Source: Negaprion brevirostris
Lineage: Eukaryota
Length of the DNA stretch: 64,000 bases
Direction: 5' to 3'
Assembly (NCBI GenBank): GCA_030324005.1
Contig: JARDVH010000084.1
Coordinates: forward strand, 92,031,849-92,095,848
Shown: one piece after another, positions 51,105-63,535 of the stretch
Layout: every line of letters begins with the position of its first letter
How positions within the stretch are numbered: the first letter of the stretch is position 1
The notes under the pieces: generated by a model
What the model was told of the DNA's origin: nothing
Seen by the model: the letters and a program-made list of their open reading frames with translations, nothing else
The model's database searches: none
Made by a program: the position numbers and the translations under genes

Positions 51105-51485
51105 ACTATCACTGTGTGCTGTGCAGATACAGGGACCCGGGTCGGATCTCCGACTTGGGTCAGTGTATGTGGGAGTTTGCACATTCTTCCCGCGCTTGCG
51201 TGGGTTTCCCTCCTGGTGCTCCGGTTTCCTCCCACGGCCCAAAAACTTGCTTTTAGGCTGCTTGATGTTAGTGAATTGTCCCTAAATTGGACGTCCCTTA
51301 ATCTGGCGCACATACAATTCTCTAAATATGCACCCCTTTATTATGGAGTCTAAGAGATGTCTACAAAATTTGCTGGTAGAAGAAAAATTGGAATGGGCAC
51401 TCACTGAGTGCTAAAATGGGCGGCGCGGTCTTGTAGGGCAGAAGTGCCTTTTTCCTGTGCTGTGTTGTACTTTGTTCTTTGTTAC
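51105..51485 (+). mobile_element. HE1-like SINE with CR1-type tail
   Basis: B-box region, V core and tail gcctttttcctgtgctgtgttgtactttgttctttg. Confidence 0.75.
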
Positions 51486-52479
51486 ATAATATGTCAGCCA
51501 AAATACCAAGTATGAGGCCATAAGTAAAAAAGTTATCAGCATTATTATTTTGAGTAACTTACCATAGGTGCCTGAACTATCTGATGTGTCGGAACATAAA
51601 TGTAATTGTTCTTAACATCCAACTCTGCCAAACAATATTGCCTCATTTTCCAATTATTGTTTTTCTTTGAATTGAAAAAAAAGTCCACATATAACTTTTG
51701 AAAAGGAGCCGTGCGCCGAAGAAGATTTAAAGGCCATGAAGTTGAATGAAAATGTTGGTAAATCTTCAACAGGCCGCATCAATCAGTGTAATTTTCATAT
51801 TTGCATCTTCTAAAAAAACTGTCAATGTTAAGCTAAGCTCTATGCCGATTAAAAATGCAGGATGCTTGTGTCTGATCGATTGAAAGAGTATCACATATTT
51901 ACGCAGCTGGGTCGATTCTTTATCATTCCGCCATAGAATTTTCCTGACAAACATTCCAGCGAATATTAAATGGTGCAAATAAACAAATGCAGTACGGTAA
52001 AAAAAAAACCTTCCCAATTTATGTGTGATTGAAATTTGCACCACAATGGAAAGCCGTGGCATTCACATTTTGTGCCGAATAATGTTGGAAATAATGTGTT
52101 ACTGCTCAGGGGTTGTAGTCATTTTGAATGATGGTATGGCAGTTATAGGTTTCCTGGTTAAGACAAAAATGTACCCCTTATACTTCCAAACAATGACCCT
52201 TCCGTGAAGAGTAAACACAATATTCGAAACGGGCTTGCAGCATATCCTGAGACTCCAGGTCACGGCGGCCCAGGCAGCATAGCGTGTTGCTGCAAAATGT
52301 CGTATTCAGTCATTATGCAACTTCAGATCAGCTCTGCCTGTTTTGAGAAAACGGTTGGTGAAGTAAACTGCAGGTCCATACATTCAGAAACAGGGGTAAT
52401 TTGAATGGGAGCAAAGAAATAGCTGATTAATTAAATGTATACTTTGGTTCTGCCTCCAAAATGAGAACACTCATTGCTT

Positions 52480-54340
52480 ACCAAAATTGACAGGGAACAC
52501 TAGGCGACGAGAGAGGGACGAACTTAAAGATATCAGTGTTACCAGATAATCTTTTTGGTGAAATTGAAAGGATTGAATACCAACAGCTGCCAATGCCGGA
52601 TAATTTGCATGTGAGAGTTCTGAAGGAAGCGACACTACAAGCTTTGGCTGTCACCTTCCAAAATCTATCAATTGTGAAAAAATTCTTGGCGTTATGTAGC
52701 ACCAATTATAACTCTACATGTTGCAAATAAAATCTAACTACAGGGTAGGTTTGGGTGAAAGGAAAATTATCAGGGAGAAGGAGGTTCTGAGGAACACTCG
52801 TGGGTTGGACTGTGTCTGTTTCAATGCGAGGAGTGTGACGGGTAAAACGGATGANNNNNNNNNNNNNNNNNNNNNNNNNNNNNNNNNNNNNNNNNNNNNN
52901 NNNNNNNNNNNNNNNNNNNNNNNNNNNNNNNNNNNNNNNNNNNNNNNNNNNNNNTGCGGCGGCGCGGGCTCGTTGGGCCGAAGGGCCTGTTTCCCGTGCT
53001 GTGTTGTTCTTTGTTTTTTATTCTTTGTAAAAGACAGGGTATTATAGACCGGTCGGCCTTACCCCAGTCGTGGCAAAAATGATGGAGAACATTATAAAGG
53101 ATCAAAGGCATTATTGGAAAACAATGGCAGCATCACTGTAATCAGCATGGATTTACAACAGCGAAATTATGCTTGGCAAATCTTCTGGGATTCTTCAAGG
53201 ATGGACCTAATGGAGCTCAGGAGGCTTTCAAAAAGATCCCACATGATAAATTGTCATGACAAGTTAAGCGCGTGGGATTGGGCGTAGTGTATTTAGATGG
53301 ATAGACAATCGGTTGCAAACAGAGGGAAAACAACGGGCGAGGATTAAGAAATATTGCTTACGTGTGGTAGGCGGTCTGAAGTGGCATATGGCAGTGATGG
53401 GTGCTAAGCCACCAGCTCTTCACCATGCGTAATGATAATTTAGTTAAGATAAATACTTGTGATATTGAGATATTGACAGATGACACAATGTTGGGTGGAG
53501 AGTGAGTGGCAGGAATGATGCAAATATGTTTCGGTGTAAATTGTACAACTTTAATGAGTGGGAATTATGTGTCAGATGCAGTGCAATTATGCATAAAGGT
53601 AGGGTTATTCACTTTCATAATAATAAGAAGGCAGATCATTATTTCCTTGGCTTTCAATTGAGAGAGGGTAGTATGTTACGAGACCTGGTTGTCATTGTTG
53701 AAAGAAAGCTTGCAGTTGCAGGAGATGGTGAATAAGGGAAATTGTGTGTTCTTCTTCATAGCAAGTGGCTTCGAGTATCGTAACGAAACTATTGCTCTAC
53801 AGGCTTTCATGATACCACACTTGGAACATTTTGTTTCCCTTATCCAATAAATGACTCAAACGCTATTATAGGAATGAGGCGACGGTTAACCAGATTGATT
53901 CCTGGGATGGCAGGACTGTTGCAGGAGGCACGACTGAGTGAGTTAATATACTATACGCTCGGGATTCGATGCATGAGAAGCAATCTCACTAAAACCCATC
54001 TCATTCTAGGAGACTTATATTGGACAGATGCAGGAAGCATGTTTCGGATGGACAAGGAGCCCAAAACCAGGCGGCGAATTTAAGGACATGGGATAAACCA
54101 TTTAGCATTGACACGACGATTATTATTTTTTCACCCACCGAATAAAGAGCCTGTGGAGTTCTTTATCACGAGAATTGGCTGGGTTCAAAACTTTTTTTAA
54201 CGAACAATAACTTACACCTCTTAGGGCTGTAGGTTTAGAAGGATATTGGGAAACGGGAACAATCTACAAGTTGAACGATCAGCCGTCATCATCATGAATG
54301 GCGCAGTAGGCTCACAAAACTTCTGCTCCAATGTAAATAG
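52480..54340 (+). mobile_element. Decayed CR1 RT region with a younger CR1 nested across the gap (~52740-53030)
   Basis: PDNLHVRVLKE; CVCFNARSVTGKTD (ORF2 start of the nested copy); RRRLTRLIPGMAGL; 3' UTR. Confidence 0.8.
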
Positions 54341-55003
54341 TTCTGCACTTCCATTATTGCCCTTAATCGCCATTGAATTCAGGCTACAGGAATGTCAATA
54401 TTTTTGACTATTCATTTTTAGAAAGGGGCAGATTAGCTAAGGTGCAAATAAGCCCTCCTACAGAGACAGTTAATATTCAGATTTTTTGCTGGATGTGGGT
54501 TACATGCAATAAGCATAAATGTGATTGAGTTGCGTTTCACAGTATTCGTATATTGTTAAAGGGGCCATTCAGCTCATCGAGCACGCACTAATTCTCTGAC
54601 AGAATATCTTAACCAGACCGAGTCCAGCCCCTCAGCCCCCTCAGCCCTCTCCCACCATGTCCACGTAACTGCACATATTTTACTCGCTAGTTCTCCTCAT
54701 CCACTTGTGTTGCGACACTCAAGGGCGACTGGTGTAAATGGCTTTGGCCTGACCCCTCCCTGATCCAAGAGAAGGAACCCAGCTACAATAAGCAGATTGA
54801 TTGCTGGACTTGCGGGACAGTTGCACGAGAGAGATGGGGTTATTATAAGAAACAGATAGAAGCATACTGAATTTCCCCTAACAACCTCAGTTTAGATAAA
54901 TGTCGTGAGGTTTTTTTTAAAGGGCAAGGGTTTCATTTTGATCGTCAGTTTTCACGAACATATTCAAATATCTCATATATTATTATAGTGCTCTGAAGTT
55001 TAC

Positions 55004-55033
55004 CTTGCGAACCCTTTCTAAGTTTTTGAATTT
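55004..55033 (-). CDS. Microexon, shortened 36-type (30 nt, phase 1-1): EIQKLRKGSQ
   Basis: tatatatttcag|AAATTCAAAAACTTAGAAAGGGTTCGCAAG|gtaaac; EIQKL matches EIEKL at 42784-42819. Confidence 0.72.
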
Positions 55034-56798
55034 CTGAAATATATATAGAAAAGAAATGCCATTTTGGTTATCGATCTACTTTTAAGTTCAGCATTATTGG
55101 GTGAATGACAGCGGACTTTCGATCAGATTGTCGTACTGATACAGTACACGGAAACTGGCACCGTTCCATCTGAAAGGCGAACAAGTTTGCACTTTCATGA
55201 GATAGCGTAGGATAAATTTCAAAGAACAAAGAACTACACAGCACGGGAAACAGGCCCTTCGGCCCAACGAGCCCGCGCCGCCATATTAAGAATGCATTTT
55301 TCCTACACCTCCCTCGNNNNNNNNNNNNNNNNNNNNNNNNNNNNNNNNNNNNNNNNNNNNNNNNNNNNNNNNNNNNNNATTGAAAAATAAAATGATTGAA
55401 ATAGTAACCTTGCTGACTCAATGTGAACTTTGTGTTCTGCCACTGATTCTGCTTGACATATTTTCATTTTCCACTAGTCTTGTTTGGCGGTCCGATGTCT
55501 CATGCATTTGAAGATGGAGCAATTTTGAAAACGTTAACACATGTCCAATAAACCTGTATCAGTCTGCCATAGTGACCTGTCCCTGTGACGAAAGATTTTG
55601 GTGAATATAGCTTGGAAGTCAACGCGTCTTCCATAGCGTCATAGATTAAATTATTAGATTATGGAACTATGACCACTGAACCCGATTAAATGGTCAGTCA
55701 TTAAAGCCACTAGTAGTGCTAAATTTATTCAGTCATTGAACAGATAATGTTTGAACTTCTCTCGCATAGATTATCGTGGAAGGATCATTCTTGAACGTAT
55801 TCAAGCCTGATAAGGATTATTTCAATTCCATGGGTATTGCTAAACATGGTAAGAAGGGAACAATCTGGAGTTCTGCAGAAAGTAAAATACAACCGTACTG
55901 CATTGTTACTTGGGATTCGTGGGGAAAGTTCTCTTACGCTGGATTGTTTAAATCTCCAGTTAAACGTGTACAGCGTATCCACATCGCATTTGAACAACTC
56001 AGCGCTATACTTTCGATTTCATCCCGATGTCACTTCCTAAAATATTACTTCATAAGATTCCAAGTTCACCTTCGAAGGAAAGCCTGTAATCTTAGTTTAA
56101 CTTTAGTTTTGGAAGGTGTGAAGAGCTTTATCGCGATTTAAATGATGCAGTCCTTTAATATCCTGAATAAATTTCATTATATTTTTCTCCATTACAGGAA
56201 CGTAATTTTGCCAATGCATAATTTGCATAAAGAATTCGCAAATCTAAAATAAGCTAATTTCACAAAACTTTTTTTAAAATGACAGAAATGACCATGAATT
56301 CTTCTGACTCTGCGAAATGTCCACAATGTCTCCTCAGTGTTTAATTGCTATGAAGTAAAATGGAACATTCTTTAGTCTACTCTCTGATGAAAACACAAAC
56401 GTTTTCGGGTAAGTAGCATTTACGTATTTAATAAACGCCTTATTTCTAATCCAGTTTTCAACAGGAATGAGTGAACAAATTTAGGTCTTAATCTAAACAA
56501 AAACGTCATATACTAATAAAGAAGAAGCGTTTGACTTCATACATAATCGTTGTACAAATGTTATGGCCTCTTCCAGATGCTATGGATTTATTTTTTTACC
56601 CAGGCGTGGGACATGGACTTCGCTGCGCAGCCAGCACTCTTTGCCATCCCTGGTTGTCCCTGGATGATAGTTGCGAGTCAATCACATTGATATGGCTCTG
56701 GAGAAACATATAGGCCAGATCAAGTTTGGGGGAAGATTTCCGTCCCTAAACGACATGAACAATAAACGGAATACGGAATTTTTCAGTTCTTTCGTTAC

Positions 56799-56825
56799 CT
56801 GCATCTTTTATGTCCCTTTCGTCTT
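56799..56825 (-). CDS. Microexon, type B (27 nt, phase 1-1): EDERDIKDA
   Basis: atttttcctatag|AAGACGAAAGGGACATAAAAGATGCAG|gtaacg. Confidence 0.75.
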
Positions 56826-57366
56826 CTATAGGAAAAATATGAAACAATGATTTTAAATGCTTGCATTGAAATGTTTTCCTTATTTATTGCTGCCTTTACA
56901 GAAGAATGTTTTCGCTCATACACAATGCAATCATAAGCAGTTGAATACAACGTTCTGGAAATTCCTAATATTTCAATACCCATTGAGGAGATAGCCGCAG
57001 GTTTATCTTTTTGGTTGGTAATCTTAAATGAGCTGTTTATTCAAAATGTTGCATAGCTAGCGTTTTGGGCGGTTTCAGAATAAGTCAGCAGATGCTGGTG
57101 GCAGTGCTGGAATTAACCATCTTTGCGTCATTTCACGGTACCCGGACCACTGGAATCATGAGAGCCGGAGGCAGCGGGCAGCTAAAAGAGTCACAGGTGG
57201 AAGATATTTGCTACACTTTTAAACGTTAGTGCTGACAGCTCAGACGTTTCCTCTTCCGGACTTCTTCCATCAACGAAATAGTTGTCTTGGACCGTTGCCA
57301 ACACCACAACCCATCAGCTGCCATTGTCCAAGCCGCTGAGTCACTCAACGGTAAGCTCTAACAGCG

Positions 57367-57590
57367 ATGGCAGAATGCAGACCCGAGCTTCTCCAACGTT
57401 TAGCGACGCCTCCATTTAAGTTCTCAACCATGTTCAACGGAAATGTTGAATCTTTTTACCATACCCAAAGGGCAAGGAAAGGCAGGTCCACCGGAGCAGC
57501 AAAGTTTGGATGAAGTCGGCAACGAAGTGTACAATGCGTCACGCAGTTAGATATTTTCAGGCGGCTTCATGATATTTCGAGTCACCAGGA
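57367..57590 (+). pseudogene. Probable decayed Harbinger Myb/SANT-like DNA-binding protein N-terminus
   Basis: Frameshifted translation MAE..RASPTFSDASI*VL..V......LP....DEVGNEV...FRRLHDI resembles the RAPRFSDASLEVL...W.EVA..V...CRKRFNDL pattern. Confidence 0.5.
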
Positions 57591-57837
57591 TGCACATCCT
57601 GTATTTCCTGTCCAAACATGGCACAGCGCATTGAGGGGAACGGTAGAGGCATTGTGTTTATGACCAGGGGATCGGAAAGCAGCATTCTCTGTCACTCAAA
57701 TGGATGCATCACGGAAAGTGCTGCCATCACTCAAAGCCGACGGCCACTAAGTGATTGGAGTGCGTCACAATTTGTTGCTGGCTCCCATCATTCATTTTGT
57801 TCACAATAGTAGGAAACACAGTCAAGATCACGGACCC

Positions 57838-58392
57838 AGAGAAACTTCACCAAAGCGCATTCTGGGAGAAGTGATCGCTCTCAGCTCAGCTCCATTTTGG
57901 ATAGAGGAAGAACCCGTTTCGAGAGAAACTGGAGGAAAAACATGCAGCAGCAGCGGCAGAGCGACTTGTCCGGAAAGCATTTTGAGAGAAGTCGACACTG
58001 TTAGCCTACTATATAGTGGGGAGAGGAAGAACCCCTCCACGGAACAGTACAGGAGAAGACAATCCAGAAGAGGCGACAGAGTGACTTCGCCGAGAAACAT
58101 TCCAGGACAGGTCATTGCAGTCATCCTAACTGCAGAGTGAGTAGTGGAATAACCCCTCCATAGAGGAAAAGGAATAGTACATCCAGCAGGTGCGGCAGAA
58201 ACACTTTACTGAGAAATGTTCTGCGAGAAGTCTTCTTAGTCACCCCAACAAGAAAGTGGGTGGAAGTGGAACACCCGCAGAGACACACAGTAGAATGACA
58301 TCCAGAAGAGGCGACTGAGAGACTTCATCGAAAAGCACTCTGGGAGAGGTGTTGGTAGTTACCCTTACTATGTAGTGGATATAGGAAGAACT
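57838..58392. repeat. Degenerate ~120-bp tandem repeat, about 4.6 units
   Basis: Units start near 57838, 57958, 58078, 58197 and 58316 and share (g/a)actt...cattctgggagaagt...ggaagaaccc...catccagaagaggcgac. Confidence 0.85.
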
Positions 58393-58399
58393 AGTTTAA

Positions 58400-58912
58400 A
58401 TGAATGTTTACACCTGGAACACAGCATTATTGTTTTCCTCCTTTCCACCTCCTCTAGCCAAACAAAAAGGGCAGTGTGATGAGGGCAAACAGGGCGTGGT
58501 CTTGCCCTGCGGAAGTAGTAAAGCAGGTAAGAGAAACGGCTAACTGGTAAGTCGAAAAGTCGGGTAACTATTTATAATTATATCACTAGTATTCTCGGAG
58601 TGATTTATCTGGTTTATTGTTTGTAACGTGTTCGATCAGCAGTAACGAGGAACAGGAAATAATGGCTCTAGAGCATATGTTGTGATTTGAAATAAAACAT
58701 GTTCAAATGCTTAATTTCTAGGGATAAGCTGTCACAGGAGACCTGCCAACCATAGTCTAATCTTCGTGCTCCATGGCGGATGGCAGAAATATTTCCAATG
58801 TCTGGGATCAGCATGTGTGTATTAAATATCTTCGTCTGCAGCTCCTGGAAGCTAGAGTTTTGGAGGCAAAGCGGCTGCTCGGGACTCTATGGATCATCGG
58901 CGAGGCGCGGGG
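58400..58912 (+). mobile_element. CR1 LINE 5' UTR and ORF1 N-terminus (zinc finger/leucine zipper), truncated by a gap
   Basis: DQHVCIKYLRLQLLEARVLEAKRLLGTLWIIGEA. Confidence 0.75.
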
Positions 58913-59956
58913 NNNNNNNNNNNNNNNNNNNNNNNNNNNNNNNNNNNNNNNNNNNNNNNNNNNNNNNNNNNNNNNNNNNNNNNNNNNNNNNNNNNNNNNN
59001 NNNNNNNNNNNNTTGTATCACCTAAATCACGAGGAACAAGCTCAGAGCTTCACTTGCTTCTCCAAAACCACCCATATAATTTACACGCTTAATCATGGTA
59101 TCCTAGTTCCCCAATTTTACAGTTCGCCAAATTTCCGACCATCCTATCTGCCAGCTACGTGTCGGGAGGTTATGGCTTGGAGGTATTTTTCTAAGCTAAT
59201 TACCCAGAAACCCAAAGAAATTCTCTGGGGACTTGGGCCAGAAAACTACCATTGACGCTTTTGAAATGAAAATTCAGATAATACATCTGGAATTAAAACT
59301 TCAATGGAAACAATTAAACTTTGAAAACGTACTTCAAAGTTCAGTGAGTACTTTCAGAGGAATAGATTTGCCACTCTTGCAAGATCTGCCATACTTGTGA
59401 CTCCATAGCAAGAGTAACAAATTGAGTTCCTGATTTCTTATTGCAGCAACATCAATACTCGGCTTCGCTGTCAGGTATCCATTTTTAAAATTATTTTTAG
59501 ATTTCAGGGTTACTCGCCCTTTCTGAAATATTCTAGCAAATCTCTCAGTTCAAGGACAATTACGCATGGGCACAACCATGAATGCCTGCACGTCGTGGAT
59601 GATTTCAGAAGGCGCCTACGCATTGTGTGCACCTAATCCATCTGCTCACCAATGTATCTGCTACATTCAGTTAACTCGCACACACGCAGAGTCACCCACC
59701 TTTCAATCGACCATGCATCAACTGCAACAATTCACCTGTGTTCTAACCGACCCAGTCACGCAGCAACGCCTTCTGACGAACGTCATGCTTGAACACCCAG
59801 CTAGTCTTATATCCACATATCCACTCAAGTCCCTCATACCTAGCTATCTGACGAATTATGCTGTTATCGACGAACGGACAAAACCAACAGCTCCAGATGG
59901 CACACCTTAATTATGATACTATCACAGTCGCAAAAACACCTAATCACATATCCTCT

Positions 59957-61436
59957 TAGAACAGAGAACATAGAACACTACAGCACAAACAGGCCCTTCG
60001 GCCCACAATTTGTGCCGATCATAACCACACCTACGAGGCTGATCTATAACTCTCAATCCCATTGAATCCCATTCAATCATCCAGAATTCTCTTCAAAGAC
60101 CCCAGTGAGTTTGCCTCTACCACCACCGACGGCAGCCGATTCCACTCACTCACTACCCTCTGAGTGAAGAACTTACCCCTGACATCCCCTCTGTACCTGC
60201 TCCCAGCACCTTAAACCTGTGTCCTCTCCTGACGACCATTTCAGCCCTGGAAATAGCCTCCCACAATCCACCCTATCTATACGTCTCAACATCTTATAAG
60301 CCTCTATCCGGTCGCCTCTCAACTTTCGTCTCTCCAGGGAGGAGAGACCTAACTCCCTCAACCTATCCTCATAAGGCATGCCTCCCAATCCAGGCAACCC
60401 CCTTGCAAATCTCCTCTGCACCCTCTCAATAGCTTCCACATCCTTCTTGTAGTGAGGTGACCAGAATTGCGCACAGTACTCCAAGTGGGGTCTGACAAGG
60501 GTCTTATAAGGTTACAGCATTACGCCCCGACTCCGAAACTCAATCCCTCGATTAATGAAGGCTAGTACACCCTACGGCTTCTTGACCACATCCTCCACCC
60601 GCGAGGCTGATTTCAGAGTCCTGTGGACCCGGACCCCAAGGTCCTTCTGCACCTCACCACTGCTAAAAGTACTGCCCTTGATATTTTACTCCTTAATCCC
60701 ACTGGCCCTGCCAAAATTAGCCACTACACATTTAGCCGCGGTGAAGTCCATCTGTCACTACTCCGCCCAGTCTTGCATCCTATCTATGTCTCGCTGCAAC
60801 TTCAAGCGTCCCTCCAGAATATCCACAACATCACCAACCTTCGTGTGGTCGGCAAAATTACTAACCCATCCCTCCAGTTCCTCATCCAGGTCATTTATGA
60901 AAATGAAAAACAGCAAGGGTCCTAGAACAGATCATTGGGGCACTCCACTGATGACTGACCTCCATGCAGAAAAAAGGCCCATCCACAACCACTCTCTGCC
61001 TTCTGTGGGCAAGACAGTTCTGGATCCACAAGGCAACAGCCCCTTCGATCCCATGCCCTCTCACTTTTTCAAGAAGTCTTGCATGGAGGACCTTATCAAA
61101 CGCCGTGCTGAATTCCATGTAAACCACATTCACCACTCTTCCTTCGTCAATGTGTTTCGTCACATTTTCAAAAAACTCAACTAGGCTTGTAAGGCACGAC
61201 CTGCCCTTGACAAAGCCGTGCCGACTATTTCTGATCATACTAAACTTCTCTAAATGTTCATAAATTCTGTCCCTCAGTATCCTATCCATCAACGTACCAA
61301 TCCCTGAGGTCAGACTCACTGGTCGGTAATTTCCCGGGCTATCCCTGTTTCCGTTCTTGAAAATAGGAACCACATCCGCAATCCTCCAAACCTCTGGAAC
61401 CTCTCCCGTCACCATTGACGACACAAAGATCATCGC
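59957..61436 (-). mobile_element. Relatively young 5'-truncated CR1 (HER1-like) LINE
   Basis: TGEVPEVWRIADVVPIFKNG..PGNYRPVSLTS, HGFVKGRSCLTSL, AFDKVLH, EYCAQFWSPHYKKDVEAIERVQRRF; tail of agaac-type repeats; few disruptions. Confidence 0.95.
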
Positions 61437-61439
61437 GTG

Positions 61440-62450
61440 AATAATCTTCCAAAATAATCTTCTCTAGAGAAGAATACAACTACTGAACTACCTCGCCATC
61501 TGCATAATTTGTCATTGAATGTTATGTTGAGACATAACATTGCCTACCTTCCTCAGCTACCAAAATCACTACTCAGCATCCCATCCTACTCATTCCATTC
61601 ATATATCCACTTATCTAACTTGCTAACTAAGTTAAGCACTCATGCACGTTCTCACTTATCCACCTCATTCATACATCTAGTCAGCTATCTCACCCTCCTC
61701 TACATCACATACAAGGAACCAATTTCGACAACTGCATAAAAATACATTCACAAAGCACATTCAGCGCAACTAGCGACCGAACAACGTGAATGTCATCGGG
61801 TTTCGCAGCTTCCCACCTACACACATTCAGATGATTACCATACAAATAAACCAACAGGGCCACTAGTCAACTAATAACCTGATGTATTTATCTGAATGCA
61901 ACCCCATACTCACTTGACTGCCTTTATTCAACACGCTATTATATTCGATTTAGACGTCCAGCACACATTACCGGTACAGTCATTCAATGAGATGCACAAT
62001 ACACCCATTTCCCCATTTGCCTATCTTATCTACCAATGCAATTTTTTCAGACACAGCATATCCACACACCACCTGTTTCAATCAACAATAATATGTGTAT
62101 TTTCTCAGTTAAGTAGTCAATCACATAATTCACACGCTCATCTAATGACTCGCCCATACACACAGGTTTCACGTGACCATCTTCCCACTTTTCAACTTAA
62201 ATAGCCAATTACATACCTCACTCTGCTGCATACCTCCCCGAGACTCAAATTAACCTTCTAATACCTACACTGTTCACGTACGTAAAATGCACCTTCCTGA
62301 CCTCCAACTTGCCGAAACAAGTTCCCATTTACCCAACACTGCCTCCTGTCCAACCAACTCGGTCACGCATGAAACTTCATCAGTGATCGTAGCCGCTTAC
62401 TGGGCAATTTCAAAGTCTATATCGGCACACATTTTCTACTTACTCAATAA
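61440..62450. other. G-depleted (C/A/T-rich) low-complexity tract, continuing at ~59600-59950
   Basis: Visible strand skew with recurring cacact/catcc/attca words. Confidence 0.6.
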
Positions 62451-62914
62451 TTCCAGAGTAGGCATTCAAACCATGAGCCATTTAAAGTTATTTGAATAGA
62501 TAAACTATTGCCGCAAATGAAGTTGTGGGGCGTGGAGTGGGGGCGGGGTGCAGTGGCTGTACTCTCCATCCAAACCCAATGGGCTGAAAGAACAGATGCT
62601 AAATTTCTTTCAGTCAGGACCAACACATGATGAAAGGAATTGCAGGGGCCTTCGTTCGTTAAATCTATGTGGGCAATGAGAATTCACCATGCGTTTACAC
62701 TGAACTGACTGTATTGGCCACCCTCTGCTGTGTAGTAGATCAGCTGCTTCAAGGAATGTGCTATTTTTTCAGAGAAATTGATCACAATAATCTCACTGGA
62801 CAGATATGTAGGTTTATGAGTGATATTTGCTAAGACAGATTTTGAACATTTTTCTTTAATTCAGATCTCACTCTAATATGGATGCATCACTGTAGGATGT
62901 TTTCTTTTTCCCAC

Positions 62915-62950
62915 CTGACTTTTTCAGTGCATTTTTCAATTCTTCGATTC
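62915..62950 (-). CDS. Microexon, 36-nt type (phase 1-1): (G)IEELKNALKKS
   Basis: ttttttgatgtttag|GAATCGAAGAATTGAAAAATGCACTGAAAAAGTCAG|gtggga; I2/L5/L9 pattern. Confidence 0.8.
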
Positions 62951-63194
62951 CTAAACATCAAAAAAGAGCTTCGGATAAATCACGTTCTATCACCAAGGTT
63001 TTGATTTTGTTTTCAAGGCTGATATACGAATTAGGCATTTTAGAATCGGGACGATCTAGATGAAAACACGCAAGTGAAACCTAACAGAAAACTGAAATTG
63101 CATCGCCTTAATCATTTTAACAATACTGCACAGTAGTTAACGCTGAATTAGGGAGTGGAGGACATAAGATCTTCAATCACTTTTAATAGAATCT

Positions 63195-63535
63195 GTGCAG
63201 AAAATCGGAGGTCATTCGGCCCATTGCATATTTTCCGAATCTCATTGAAAGCATCCTCTCAAGGGCCACCCTCAATGCACGATCTTCAAGCCCCACACAT
63301 TTACCATGACGAATATACTTAAACTACTGAAGTTTGGAAAATAATGGGCAATTTAACATAGCCAATGCATTTAACCTGCACACCTTTGCATTGTGGAAGG
63401 AAACTGAAGCACCTGGAGGAAACTGACGCAACAGGGTGGGAACTTGAATATTTCGTGCCGACCATGACCCAAGCCGGAAATCGAACGAATGTCCTTGATG
63501 CTGTGAGGTAGCGGTGCTAACCACTCTGCCACCGA
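63195..63535 (-). mobile_element. HE1/V-SINE-like SINE
   Basis: Reverse-complement head GGTGGCAGAGTGGTTAGCACCGCTACCTCACAGC, V core and CR1-like tail. Confidence 0.85.
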
